The notes beneath the pieces were generated by a model, which had not been told where the DNA came from, did not search any database, and saw only the letters and a program-made list of their open reading frames with translations. This document shows, in pieces, positions 38,721-51,492 of a stretch of 64,000 bases of DNA; within the stretch, counting starts at the first letter, position 1, and each line of letters begins with the position of its first letter. The DNA comes from Octopus bimaculoides. Taxonomy: Eukaryota. The position numbers and the translations under genes were made by a program. The stretch is taken from contig NC_068986.1 of NCBI RefSeq assembly GCF_001194135.2, positions 24,416,820 to 24,480,819 of the forward strand, given 5' to 3'.

Positions 38721-38810
38721 GGCATACAACCCCAGGCCATACAACCCCAGGCCATACAACCCCAGGCCATACAACCCCAGGACATACAACCCCATGCCAT
38801 ACAACCCCAC
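38721..38810. repeat. 15-bp minisatellite, 6 copies (CATACAACCCCAGGC)
   Basis: Units start at 38723, 38738, 38753, 38768, 38783 and 38798. Confidence 0.96.
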
Positions 38811-38879
38811 ATCACCAATATGTGGGAAACAACGATACGGGAGTATGAGGGGAGAGAGAGAAAATCCTCAATGCTCATA

Positions 38880-39657
38880 TGACGATGTCGTCAAACATCC
38901 TAGGGACAAAAACGCGCACGGCCAACAACTTTCAAGCCACTAATAAAAATATCCCGGCACTGTATGGACTGCACAATGACAATAAGATGACCACTGACCC
39001 AGTGACAGGACCACCTACGAGATCGGTCTGCGGAGCCAATGTTGCCCACAACTACCGGAACTCCTATTTCCTCTCAAGGATCATACGCCCTCTGATAAAA
39101 ATGTCCCCAGATGTGTGTGACGGCACAGAGGAACTCCTCAGCAGAATAAATGAGTGCAACTATGCCTACGACCTAACGGAATGCATAATACGCAGTATGG
39201 ACATAGTGTCCATATATACATCCATTGATGTTGATATAGATGTGGAGAAATGTGTGGAGGGGATCAGCGATTGCGATATCGAGTTTCGTGGTGATGACAC
39301 AGAAGAACTTGGCCTCCTCCTACCATGACTTCTATGGCCAAGACGACCTCTATAGGAAGATGGAACGGGTGGACCAGAGCTTACGGACCCCCGTAAAAAA
39401 ATGATCAGGTTAAAAAGTTTGTCGTACATGCGGTGGGTACGAGTACCAAGACCACACTCAAGGGCCATATACTCAAGTTTGATAACAAGATATACGCCCA
39501 AGAGGACGGTGCAGCCATCGGTGTCACTATCGCTAGCGATGTGGCTAACTTATTTATGGTATGGCGGGATTGGAAACTCGAAAAGAAATTAGCAGAGAAC
39601 CTCATAAACCCAAACATGTACACCCGCTATGTGGAAATAGGGATCGGCGTCGTATGA
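38880..39657 (+). pseudogene. Penelope-like element reverse transcriptase, fragmentary and frameshifted
   Basis: NIPALYGLHNDNK..GPPTRSVCGA; SMDIVSIYTSI (S.D..SLYPSI motif); KFDNKIYAQEDGAAIGVTIASDVANLFM (Y.Q..G..MG motif); YTRYVEI in place of catalytic RYVDD. Confidence 0.88.
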
Positions 39658-41100
39658 TTCCAAGAGGTCTGAGAAAAAGATGGCATTATTGTAGAAGTAA
39701 TAGGGAGGCAGAGGAGTCAACGCGTCGGTAGGTCAGTGACTTGAGCATCTTTGAGGGTGACTGCTAGAAATGGTAACCAAATCCTCCTCGAAAGCCGTTG
39801 TCTTTAAGGAAGTGTGACAAACAGAATAACGCAATGCAAGTTACATAATACACTAAAAGTGAACAGGCAGACGATAGCCAGAACCATTTTGAACTTAGTC
39901 AACATGATGACTCAGACTGATAGAAATAGACACCAAAACATCGTCAAATGAATCTTTATTTTCTTGGATAATCTAGTTCTAGATATAAGACTTTTGCCAT
40001 AATGATGTAGGGACATGATTGGAAAACTTTCGGATATAAGCCGGTTCTCTTAAGATTGACATGGGGTTAAACAACAGCGAAAATATTATTTGTTCTCAAT
40101 TAAATTTAATGTTGTTCATATTTGCATATGATTACAAAAAAAAAGAAAAGATAGAGAAAAATGTACTACGTATTTGAATAGTTTTCATGTAGATCTTAAG
40201 AACAGTTCTACTAGAAACCAGTGCGCTTGAAAATAATTCGTAAGTAAATAACCACAGCTAAATATGAAGCGTTCTTTATAAATATTAATGTCGGTATTGT
40301 CACGAAATATCCTCACTTGATTAAACGAATATATAGCAATTCCCCATTGAAGTGTGGTGATGTCAAGACTATCTTTTATTACTGAATACATTTTAAATCG
40401 TCTAGTTGACCGTAACTAACATTTAAAGTTACAATGCCTGGATAGTAAGCTCTTAGAATGGAAATCAGTTCACCACAAAGTGTCTGTGATTTTCATTTTC
40501 TGCCGAGAGAATTGTAATTACAATACATTCAGTAGAAAGCAATTAATATTACAACATCAATAGGCCGGGAGCTTTGACTTTATATTTATATATGTATGCA
40601 AGTATATGTATGTATGAATATATGTATGTATATGTATATACATTTATGTATATAGGTATATATGTATGTATGTATTGATACGAACGTACATACTGTATAC
40701 ATTTATATTTCTACAAACACATACAAATAGAAATGTGAGGCAACGAATATTAAGAGCTTATAAAGCTACATCTTATATAGTGTAATTGCAAATATCTAAC
40801 GAAATTAAATTTCCCAATTATATAAAATACAATCTCATGAACTTGGAAATTCATATAAATTAATGAATTCTTACGATGGAAAATTGCTGTACATTTTCAG
40901 AGGTGGTGATATGGCTGATTGAATTTATACACTACATTACTAGGGATCGAATTATAGACGAATTTATGAATGGAAACACCCGACTACAGCAGCATTTTAA
41001 AAGGTGGTGCATAAGAACGAATCAAACGTCCTTCAATACGATTAACCTCAGACCAAAAGTGGTCTTACACTTCCGTGAATAAAGTTTTTATTATTTAAAT

Positions 41101-41748
41101 GACAGTCTATCTCTGTTGGTTTTCGTTCCCTGCATGATACCCTTGACTTCGGTACTCAGGAAAATAAACTTGGGGTACCAGCTAAAGCAAAAATCTCAAA
41201 CAATTAACCACCTCATTGATTTGAAACTGTATGGCAAAGATGAGACACAAGTGAGTTCCGTGGTGAACATGGTCCTCTGTTTTAGTATTGATATTAGAAT
41301 GGAATTTGAACTCAAGAAGTGCGAAGTAATTTATCTAAAGAGAGGCAAGGTAAGTCCATAGCAGGAATAGAATAGCCCGACAAATATATATAAACACCAT
41401 CCTGAAGCTGTGACTGAAGAGAAAGTGTATCGATTCTCTGAGACTTCTCCGTACATACCGACAAAACTATAAAAGCTAATAAACCGGATATCATTATAAA
41501 AGATCAGACAAAGAAGATGTGTTTATTAATTGACATGAGTATTCCTTGAGATCATAATATAGCGGCGAAAGAATTTGAAAAGATCAGTAAATATAAAGAC
41601 TTGCTAATAGAAATTGAAAAATGTGGTATCTCAAGGCGACTACCGTACCAGTGATTCTAGGATCTCTAGGAATGGTTAAAAAATGGTTCTGAAACCTATT
41701 TGAAAATGTTACCAGGGTTACCATCGTGCAAAAAATCGTCTTAACTGA
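41101..41748 (+). mobile_element. R4/Dong-like non-LTR retrotransposon: RT fragment fused by deletion to REL endonuclease, with stops and frameshifts
   Basis: DSLSLLVFVPCMIPL..TINHLIDLKLYGK..FELKKCEVIYLKRGK, then IL*DFSVHTDKTIKANKPDIIIKDQTKKMCLLIDMSIP*DHNIAAKEFEKISKYKDL (PD..D..K REL motif). Confidence 0.92.
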
Positions 41749-41749
41749 A

Positions 41750-42092
41750 GAGTAAAAGAATACCTATTGTCATAGTGGCCCTACGAATGATAGCAAAAGG
41801 GGCTGATTCCTTCCTAACTCACATACCAGGAAACATCAAAATGGCAGAAATTCAAAAGATAGTGCTCATGAGAACTGCCCACATCCTACATAAAATACTT
41901 TCTATGTAATGTCAAATTCTAAAACAAACACATAATTTTCTTATGATCTCTTAAACATTCTCTAGAACAACATTATATACAAAACCAAATACATGGCACC
42001 CTAGGCGTAACACCATCACGAATTTCTATCTTGAAGTCTCTGGGTGACACTTGGAGCCAACTTGTACAAATGCAAAGCAAAAGTCAAACATG
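41750..42092 (+). mobile_element. Second R4/Dong-like LINE 3' end (different subfamily) with 3' UTR
   Basis: KRIPIVIVALRMIAKGADSFLTHIPGNIKMAEIQKIVLMRTAHILHKILSM* followed by a UTR matching 35991-36102. Confidence 0.88.
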
Positions 42093-43719
42093 CCTATAGC
42101 CCACGTGACTATATATCGCCAAAAGTAACATCGCTGCCTATAACCTTACTGTGGTTGCACCACAAATACTAGCACCATCCAGGGATCGATATCTCTACGG
42201 ATGTCTGTGATGGTGACCCTTGTACTTTCTCATTCCAAATACTATAGGAGCAGTGGAAGAGCAGGTATATCTCATATTGTTTGTTTAGCCCGTTGCATCA
42301 TTAGTCGATGTTATTGCAGATATAGTAACTTTACTGCCTCTTCATTTTGGGGCTTTTTCCAGCAGCAAATGCCTAGCTCCAAGTGCACTTACTACTTCTC
42401 CACTCATGAGTACGCCGCTAAGGAAAGACAAGTGAATACGTTCGCAGTAGCCATAAAGCTGCGAGGAATACTATATCTTAGTTAAGTATAACCGGACACA
42501 TCTTCCTTAGGGTATCTTCCTCCACATTTTCTGAGCAGAGTTATTCTTTTATCCCTTTTTAAAGCTCAATAAATTAGCCTAAAAGACGCCCGGGTTTTAT
42601 TGTTATAGTATGTATGTATTGTGCAAAGTCAGTCCCATTCTCTCGTCCTTCAGATTTGTATTACTCTGGTGCAGCAAGTGCCACGAGTCCAGTGGTTAAC
42701 AGGATGCAGGATTTGCATTTGGTTATCTTTTCTTAGATGAGGAGCTAAAATGCTGAAGGGTCTTCTCTGGCATGGGTCCGTAGATGTGCCTGTGAATGAC
42801 TTACTTCCAAAGGCAATTCCGTGACATGTTAATTACTCAATAGCTGAGATGTTGACAGTTACTATCACATTGAGTCAGATTAGCTGAGGGGACAATTGTG
42901 GCTGAGAAATGATTCTACATTCCTCAAAATCCTGAAACTCCAAAACTAATGCCTTACTACCTAGATGTAGCTTAAAATCACATCCAGGAATATACTATTT
43001 AAGTATCAGAAGGCAATCATTTTACCCTACAATCTAACTATTTTCCCAACCCAGGAGATGTTCAATAGTTTTTTAAATAGGTACATTAGCTAATATCAAC
43101 AAGCTCCCATTCTTCGATAATGATGTGGAGACGTTGTGCCGCATTACTTGTAATAGATGTGCGTCAGTCTTAATTGTGTTATTTATGAAAACGAAAATTG
43201 TGGTTGTGACATCAAAATGAACCTCCAAGTTCTACATCTCTGAAGACAAGGGCGAGATAATCTACAAATTAATGTAGATGTTAGTCACATGAATACAACT
43301 GTGTTGTGTCAAATTCATCAAGACTAAAATAACGGAAGTATACAATCTTCATTCATTTAACTGTGGGTATTATATTCACATACATAAAAAATTTACAAGA
43401 ATATGCTTATGAACGCAAACATAACATATACAATCATACATAATAACATAGACATGCATCCTCGTATAGGAATATAAAGTAGGTTTGTGTGCACGCTTGT
43501 GTATGCCTGTATATCTGAATTTGTGCATGCATCAATCTGTATTTCCATGAGAGTGAGTATACATACACAAAGTTAATCACTGACAAAATGAAGCTTATAT
43601 TCATTCACAATTCGACGTCTGATAAAATTGACGAGACACAGTTTTTATTCATGTGAGTTGTATCTGTAGAAATACTTACATATAAAGCTTTCTTTACAAA
43701 GATACATTCGTAGGCATAC

Positions 43720-43914
43720 ACATACACACATACGCATGTATGTATCTATGTATGTATGTATGTATGTATGTATGTATGTATGTATGTATGTATGTATGTA
43801 TGTATGTGTATGTATATATATGTGTATGTATATATATGTACGTATATACATATGTATGCATGTACGTATGTATATATATATATATATGTGTGTGTATACA
43901 TATATGTTTGTATT

Positions 43915-43947
<33 letters not shown>

Positions 43948-43984
43948 ATGTATATGTATATATATATATGTGTGTGTATGTATG

Positions 43985-44030
<46 letters not shown>

Positions 44031-44040
44031 TGTATGTGTT
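43720..44040. repeat. (TATG)n/(TA)n/(TG)n compound microsatellite
   Basis: Direct reading. Confidence 0.95.
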
Positions 44041-47000
44041 AATATATGCATGTAGAGCTAGTTCGTTCGGCGTTATGTTTTATTTTCTCTTCGTTCAGTG
44101 TCATGATGTCATTGCATTTCGATGATGACGATAAACATAGAGGAAATGACAGAAAGTGGCTTGCGAATTATTTCAGGTTTATCTTTATTATCTTTGTCAT
44201 TGTTATTGTTGCTGTCATACTCATCAACTTGGTCGTAGTCAATATCGCCATTCTAATCATAGATGCCTGACGGAAACATTAATCCCATCCTGTCTCAATG
44301 AAATTTAGTCTTAATGGATTCTTTCTCAATACATATTTGTTCCCCAGTGAATTCTATCTTAATACCACATTTCCTGATAGACATTGTAGCTATTGTTTAT
44401 ATAATAGCTGTAAAACTGAAGTAGTTTCGCAAATTATTTGAACATATGAGAATAGCATTGGTTCGAGGGTAATTGTAAGTGTGTCTTAGTTTCATTGTCA
44501 AATTGAATATATAATGGCAACATTTTATTAGTTTTCCTTATAGTTTGCTTGCCAGTTGGAACATATTATAGCCATTTTGATTAGGTTGTTGTGTTGCAGA
44601 TGATTGCTGTATATCTTCATTATGTTTTCATAATATATGTTTCTTTCATTCACTTATGTTATCGTATTTATGAGACGTGAGATATTGTAACAGTCATGCA
44701 TTTATTAAGAACATTCTAGAATTTAAGAAATCAGTTTTAACTGGTCATCAAAATTATGAGAGGAAATCTCAGCAATAACCTATCACTATGTAATGGCTGC
44801 TTTTCAGAGCCGCAGCAAGGCTAATAAACTACAATTTATAACAAATAGAATATATGTACCCATACAGACACGGACCCACTGGGGCTTCCTTGTGCGAATA
44901 ACAATCTTATTGTGCTCGAGTGTCCATGCAAAGTACTGACCAACACTTTCATTATAACCTTAGGTTTAGAATTTATTAGATTTGAAATTAGAAGGTGTGA
45001 CGTCCATACCACTCACTAAAGAAATAGCCTTAACTGTGAATAAAACATATCAGTAACTTTTCTTTCTAGTGCTGTTCGTTTTGTTGAAATAATTAAATGC
45101 AAATGAAATTGGAATGTATGAAAGGAAGGTTTAAATCTTCACACGTATCTCCATAATAATCTAGAAGAAAGTTAAGGTAGTCTCATGAAGAAGCACGAAT
45201 TTATATTCCATGAAGAATCCATAAAGAATCGGAAATTTAATGAAGAGCAATGAAATTTGTTTAAGTATATAGAGATGTCGATAAACGAAGCCATTTCGAT
45301 TTAGGCATGAGGAAAGTACCGAATGATAAAACGTGATGAATTACCGAAAACGAACATATTGAAACCAAGTCTTCAATATTAAAAGAAATGATGAAGAACA
45401 GAATATATTCAGCAGTACAATTTCAACTATTGAATACCGAAATATATATATTTCATGTTCAGACAGAAATAATTATGTAATTTGCATTCACTAAGACCAT
45501 CCATTTCCTTTCAAGAAATGCATGGAATTTATTTATAACAATGACTAAGATTTTCTAAGAGCGTTTGGTTATTATCATATTATCAGGAGTTAAGATCCGG
45601 CATCCACTTGTGACTATTTTGAAAGGTATTGTTTTACTTAACATTGCAAAACTGCCTATATTTTGTGAAAGAGTTTCTGTGCTGTAGTCAAGTTACATGT
45701 ACTTATCGAAACTACTTTTCAAATCTCGCAAGCTCCAGTGCATATGAACTCTTAAATTTTCACATTATCTTGAGGTATATATCAGAAATTGCTCCGTCAT
45801 TAAATTAATGTTTAACTAAAAGGAAATGATTTTGCTAATGCTCATGATATTTCATTGTTCGTCACGATATGACCAAAAGTTTATTTGTTTTCTCTCATGC
45901 GGTAGTTTATTTGGAGAATAAAATTTTCGAACTCTGTATCTCTCTCTATACGCACACATAAATATACAGATGTACGCATACACCCACCTATACAACAAAC
46001 ACACACACACGCATAGACACACACACACATCATGTGTGTGTGTATGTGTGTATGAGAGAGAGAGGGAGATTGTGTATATGCCTGTGTATATATCTTTGTA
46101 GAGGCAACGTTACTTTACATTATGAATAATATATTGTGATGTAGCATTGTAAAATTATATGACCTCTGCTTTTGTAATAATTTCCGTGAGTTACTTTTAC
46201 AAGATTAAAAATATTAAAAAAGTTATGCCATAAATTTAATAATTTATATATTATACATATGTATTGAAAGGTTGAACTCTAAATTATATATACAAGCGTT
46301 AAATTACATTCCTTGCTCCATACGTGTGATGCGATGGAAGTCTTTGATGATAGAAATCTTTGACTTCCGGTTCCTAAATTATTGCTTTTTAAAATAACCG
46401 ATTCCATCATTTTCCCCGAAATTATTAAGCATGCCATCGTTTATTTCCAGTTTTCTTGTTTCTAATTCAAATTCTTTTATATGTATCAACTGCAATTCAG
46501 TAACATCTAAAGCCATGTACAGCAGCTAATGTTTAATATCTTGCCTGATATGCTGACATCGTCGTGTTATTGATTGGAAATGTTTGGTGAATATCAAAGT
46601 ATAAAAAGAAATATCTTAGTTTGGAAACATCTGAGACCCAACTAAATATCGGATTATCATTACGATGTACAGATTTCGGATCAAAGCGTACGAGATGTTT
46701 TATACCAAAAGTTTTATATCATCTGCACCAATATCTTTAACGAACAATCAATTTGTGGCTTAAATAGGAAATACCTATCTAGGATTCAAATCTACCTCGA
46801 AGGTCAGTTCCAAAGAAGCTTTTTGCTAAACAGCATCATATCAAATATGTTCTTTTTTATATGGCTATAACTCCCATTTATCTCTAGAGTAATACCTTAC
46901 CCACTGCTACCTTTAACTAAATGTACTTTCCTGCAGAGTGGAACACATACGCGTCCATTTATTATGTAGTCTTACAACGTTCAATCTCTGACGATAATTA

Positions 47001-47269
47001 GCCTAAACGCATGTGGTGAAACAAAAATACTGCCCCGTGAAAATAAATCTTGAAAATATCTTAAAGTTGGCCACTGAAATCATGTAGTATTTGAAATCGC
47101 AAGACTGTTACCAAAACATACAAGTAACCTCTTATCCTTAGATCTTTTAAACAGTATCGTGGTGTAACTATCAAACATTAGTTCTTAATGTGGCTGAATA
47201 CTTCTTTTGAGATCTTCTGTAGATATGTTTTCGAATATATACATAGATACATTCATTGGTGCATACTAA

Positions 47270-47605
47270 AATACATACATACGTATGTACATACATACTC
47301 ATACACACGCGCGCGCGCACAAACACACACACACATACACACACACATATATATGCATGCATACATATATGCACACAAACATACGAATATATATATGTGT
47401 GTATTGCGTGTGTATGTGTGTGTATAGATAGATAGAAGATAGATACACACATACACACACATACATATATATTAATACATACATACATGTATACATACAT
47501 ACATGTATACATGCATACATGTATACATGCATACATACATACATACATACAGACATACATACATAATGCATGCCTACATATATACATACATATATACATA
47601 CATAT
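47270..47605. repeat. Degenerate (TACA)n/(CA)n/(TG)n microsatellite block
   Basis: Direct reading. Confidence 0.9.
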
Positions 47606-48879
47606 TTGTATATAATACATGAGATTCTGCTCATGGGTAGAGCCATTAGCGAGAAAACGAAAAAAACATTTAACAAAGTAACAATTCTCCAGGAATTCCC
47701 TCATCAGCTGTTAATCGAATAAGATATATTATATTTGTGTTTCAGTGCTAAACCTTTACTTAAATGCGTGCCCTACCACCATTAGGTTTGGTAGGCCCTT
47801 AAGGTCATTCAATGTACATGTGTTAATATCAATGTTAGAAGCTTTCAAAATACATCAAATCATGAGGCTTGTTGCCCTGTATGATAGTAGTGATCAGCAA
47901 AGCCACACCATCAACTAAAAACGGCGAAAACGGCAGCAAATACTTTAATTCTCTCGTCTTGACAACGTGGAAGATCTTACCGTAACTGCTCATTAATTGT
48001 TGATGCACAAGACTTGAGAATACAGAGTCAAAATCAGTCTCCAAATGCGAGTAAGTTTCAGGACATGACGATGTATACGTATGAAAGCTTTCATCTTATT
48101 TACTCACAACTTAAGGAAGTCAGCTACTACGAGGACTTACGATCCTATTTTACTGGAAGTAACAAACCCTTTCACGACAAGTAAGACATGAGATAGGAGT
48201 ATATGTGTTTGACTTCAAACTATCTGCAAACATGTATTTCAAAATCAACCAGTCTTGACGGCATTTGTAGAATTTTCTTTATGAAGTCGAAATTTAAGCT
48301 TTACTGCAGAAGCTTTAAGATTGTCTTCAATGTATGTATAACAAGCTCCTCATGGTCGCCGATGAGTATAAAACTCGCGTAAGATGTGTACGTAAATCAT
48401 AACTCTATAGCCAGCTAAGCTTTACATAGAATTTACAGAACTTAAAATATTTCTCTGTAGAGCGAAGATGGAATGAATATTGATCAAAAATATCAAAGGT
48501 TATGGAAGGACTGATATTGAAATATTCATCGGAATCAAAATATTCATGTGTATCTATTTTTCAAATTGAGGAGTCAGGATTTTCTCCTCTCTATCACGAG
48601 TTAAAGATAGATACTACAATTCGGTCATGGGCAAGTTCCGGTGAGCGGGGCTTCCTGAATTGAACACCCTAACAAAAAATTTCCTTCGATTATTTCAGCA
48701 ATGCAATCAGCTTGAGATTGAGACCAAGGAAGCAATTACAGTGTAATTTCTTGCGTTCAAAGGACTACAATTTCTTTAATTACTTCCTGTAAAGCATAAG
48801 GGGTTTGAATGGAGTAGATACCACTATATTCAGACACTATTTCAGTATTCTGTTCTTAAGTCACAGGCATAGCTATAGA

Positions 48880-48995
48880 CGTAGGCATGGTTCACAGATG
48901 TAAGCGCAACTGTATGCTTAAGAAGCTTGTTTTCCTACCATATGGTTCCAGGTTCAGTCCTACATATCATCTTGGGCAAATATCGTCTACTATAG
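48880..48995 (+). mobile_element. SINE family S2, degenerate head
   Basis: catatggttccaggttcagtcc...cttgggcaaatatcgtctactatag. Confidence 0.6.
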
Positions 48996-49012
48996 TTATA
49001 AGGAGTTATGCT

Positions 49013-49565
49013 GGTCTATCGCTCAACTACACCCCACATATAATAATGAAAAGAGTTGTAGTCTAGGGAGTTAGATGGCCAGATGTTAGGGGTGATGTGG
49101 TCGCAGGAATTATCTGACAGCCATGACTGGGTTCTCTTGCTTGTGTGGCATGGTGCAGAGTCCCGTTGCCCAATATAGAGTCTTCCGGCAGCCACCTTCT
49201 TGACCCATGGCAGCACTACCTCCTTCAGGCACTTGATGTAGGCCTCCGAGGTGAGTCTGAGGCTATGTGAGAATATGAATAGAGGCATAACGTCGCCATC
49301 ACTAGTGATTACTCCAAACTCCATGATGTTGAATGGTTGTTTGATTTTTATCACTCTCGGTACATGTCCTCAGATTGCACTGTCCTTAGATTGATACCCA
49401 AACAGTCTGAAATGTTTGTATTGGAGCTTCTGTCTTGAATGCGAAGCAGTACAACATGTTGTTTCCAAATTTCTGGCAGAGCGAATTGCGACATGTTACT
49501 CTTTTTCTCACAGAGTGTCCAACCGAGTCTACTATAGTTTGTAGTAATCATAAACAAACAATGCG
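49013..49565 (-). mobile_element. DD37D/maT-type Tc1-mariner transposon, internally deleted and inactive
   Basis: N-terminus MSQFALPEIWKQHVVLLRI..ISDCLGINLRTVQ (HTH) is joined at about 49375 to VPRVIKIKQPFNIMEFGVITSDG..QRDSAPCHTSKRTQSWL..WPSNSLDYNSFHYYMWGVVER; 37 residues separate D(SAP) from the third catalytic position, which is H. Confidence 0.92.
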
Positions 49566-49569
49566 CATA

Positions 49570-49672
49570 CTCGAAACGTTAAAGACTTTTTCACTTCGCG
49601 AGCGTTAAACTAATACATCTGTTTGTTGTCTACACCACCTGTCTTCGTCTTTTGTTTTCTTGTGAATTCTTC
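49570..49672 (+). mobile_element. 5'-truncated copy of the hammerhead-like short repeat
   Basis: ctcgaaacgttaaagact...gttaaactaatacatctgtttgttgtctacaccacctgtcttcgtcttt matches 15902-16003 in reverse; followed by (AT)n. Confidence 0.8.
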
Positions 49673-51109
49673 CTATGCATATGCATATATATATAGATAT
49701 ATATATACACATAGGAAGGATTTATATATATAAACACACACACACACATACATATAAATACATATGCACGTATGTATGTCTAAAACGCGAGAAATTAAAA
49801 CTGAGGGATAAGGAAGACACTTAAATTATATGAATATAAAATAAAGAGAAAATATATGCAGAGAAAAGATAAATGGGTTGCAGTTATGTTAAGGTTTAAC
49901 TACGTAAAGATTTTAATATGTTAAGCATTTTTACTTTTTCTTGGAGTTCACTTGAAATTAGTTCTATAATAGACTTTGTGAAATATTTATGTATTTATTA
50001 TTTACATTAACATGAGTTATAGTACGATTTTATTTTATCTAGATAAGCCATGTTTATGTTTAAAATCTGTTCTGCGATATATTTTTGAAGAAACACTGCA
50101 ATAGGTTTTTGAAGTAATAAGCAAAAAGAACTAAGTTAGTTAAAAACTAGAATTATTGATTTATTCTATTGACAGAAGACCAGAGGTTTGAAGAAAAATT
50201 TTATAAAATTCAGGTTGGGTTTTTTTTTGTGCTTAGGATAAAACTCTTTTTATTTTTGTAGATTAATCTATTGACTTCTATTGAGGTGAGTCAGCAGATT
50301 TTGTAGTGCGTCGAACGGAATGCGGTGGTCTATTTAGATGGGAACCTTTACATAGTGGAATCAAGTCCCATCGTGGTGGGCTTTGTCTTTCACCTTACCG
50401 TTAGTCGAATCGGGGCAACCGACTTCTCTATGCCCAAAATGTGTGACTTTGAACAATATTAGAAACAACTATATTGATGACTTTATTTTCAGGTGTGTGA
50501 GGAGCGGGGATACGGTAAATGAGCAGACAAAACGTGTTATAATTTATACTATTGGATGCTATTCATATTTTCTGTTCCGTGTTTTATTCCCGTGTGATAC
50601 AACTTCTTTATTTCATCAGATTATGTACTAGAATCGATTCAATCCTCTGAAATCCTCTTTAACAAACTGCAGTTTTGGATCAAAGAATGATTTCAGTGTA
50701 TTCATCTACGCTAATAACAATGGGTAGGACATATATAGCTGGTTCAATCAATCGATTGAGTAATAATTATTTTATAGATACCGAGAGAAGTAGATTTAAT
50801 CTGAAGCAAATGAGTACCTTCAGCGGAGACCAGATTGTTAAATGCATTCGGTTTGGGTCATATTTCTAAGAGCATCGCGTCCCAGCAAGTCATTGTTGCC
50901 TCGAATGCACTCACAAGCGTTACCTTTCGTAGTCGGACTAAGCTTTAAAAAGCATATACTCATGGTGTTGTATTGTAAAATGAAGTTGGATGAAAATAAA
51001 CATTCCGATCTTTTCATCGGACTTCATTTTTGTAGCATAGTTACTCCGAAATATTCTAAAAGTTCTAACGAATTACCTATCTTTCTGTCCAAATATCTCT
51101 TTTTTTTTA

Positions 51110-51153
51110 CACGCGCGCGCGCACACACACACGCATGCCCACATACACACGCA

Positions 51154-51238
<85 letters not shown>
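51110..51238. repeat. (CG)/(CA)/(CT)n compound microsatellite
   Basis: Direct reading. Confidence 0.94.
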
Positions 51239-51239
<1 letters not shown>

Positions 51240-51441
51240 GCTATGTCTTTCACGTACCTACCGACTAACGCAGTTATGGCCGATCTTCATAATCTACACC
51301 TTTGCAATTTTCAAACTTCTTTCTCTCCTCTTACTCTTTACTCGTAACTCAACATGTTCTAAATTATCTCGAAGAAGGATCCATAATTTAATCTGGGACA
51401 AATTGCTTAAGGAAACATGAGCCCATTATTACTGACAAGGT

Positions 51442-51492
51442 TCACTGCTAAGTGCACTTTCTCTGTCAGTGAGAAAGTGCACTTAGCGGTGA
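51442..51492. other. Near-perfect 22-bp inverted repeat with 7-nt loop
   Basis: tcactgctaagtgcactttctc-tgtcagt-gagaaagtgcacttagcggtga; 21 Watson-Crick pairs plus one G-U pair on the plus transcript. Confidence 0.95.

Noticed and set aside
42300-42540. Possible RTE-LINE 3' end on the minus strand (GR.PRK.W-like)
   Set aside because: Needs several frameshifts; too degenerate to support
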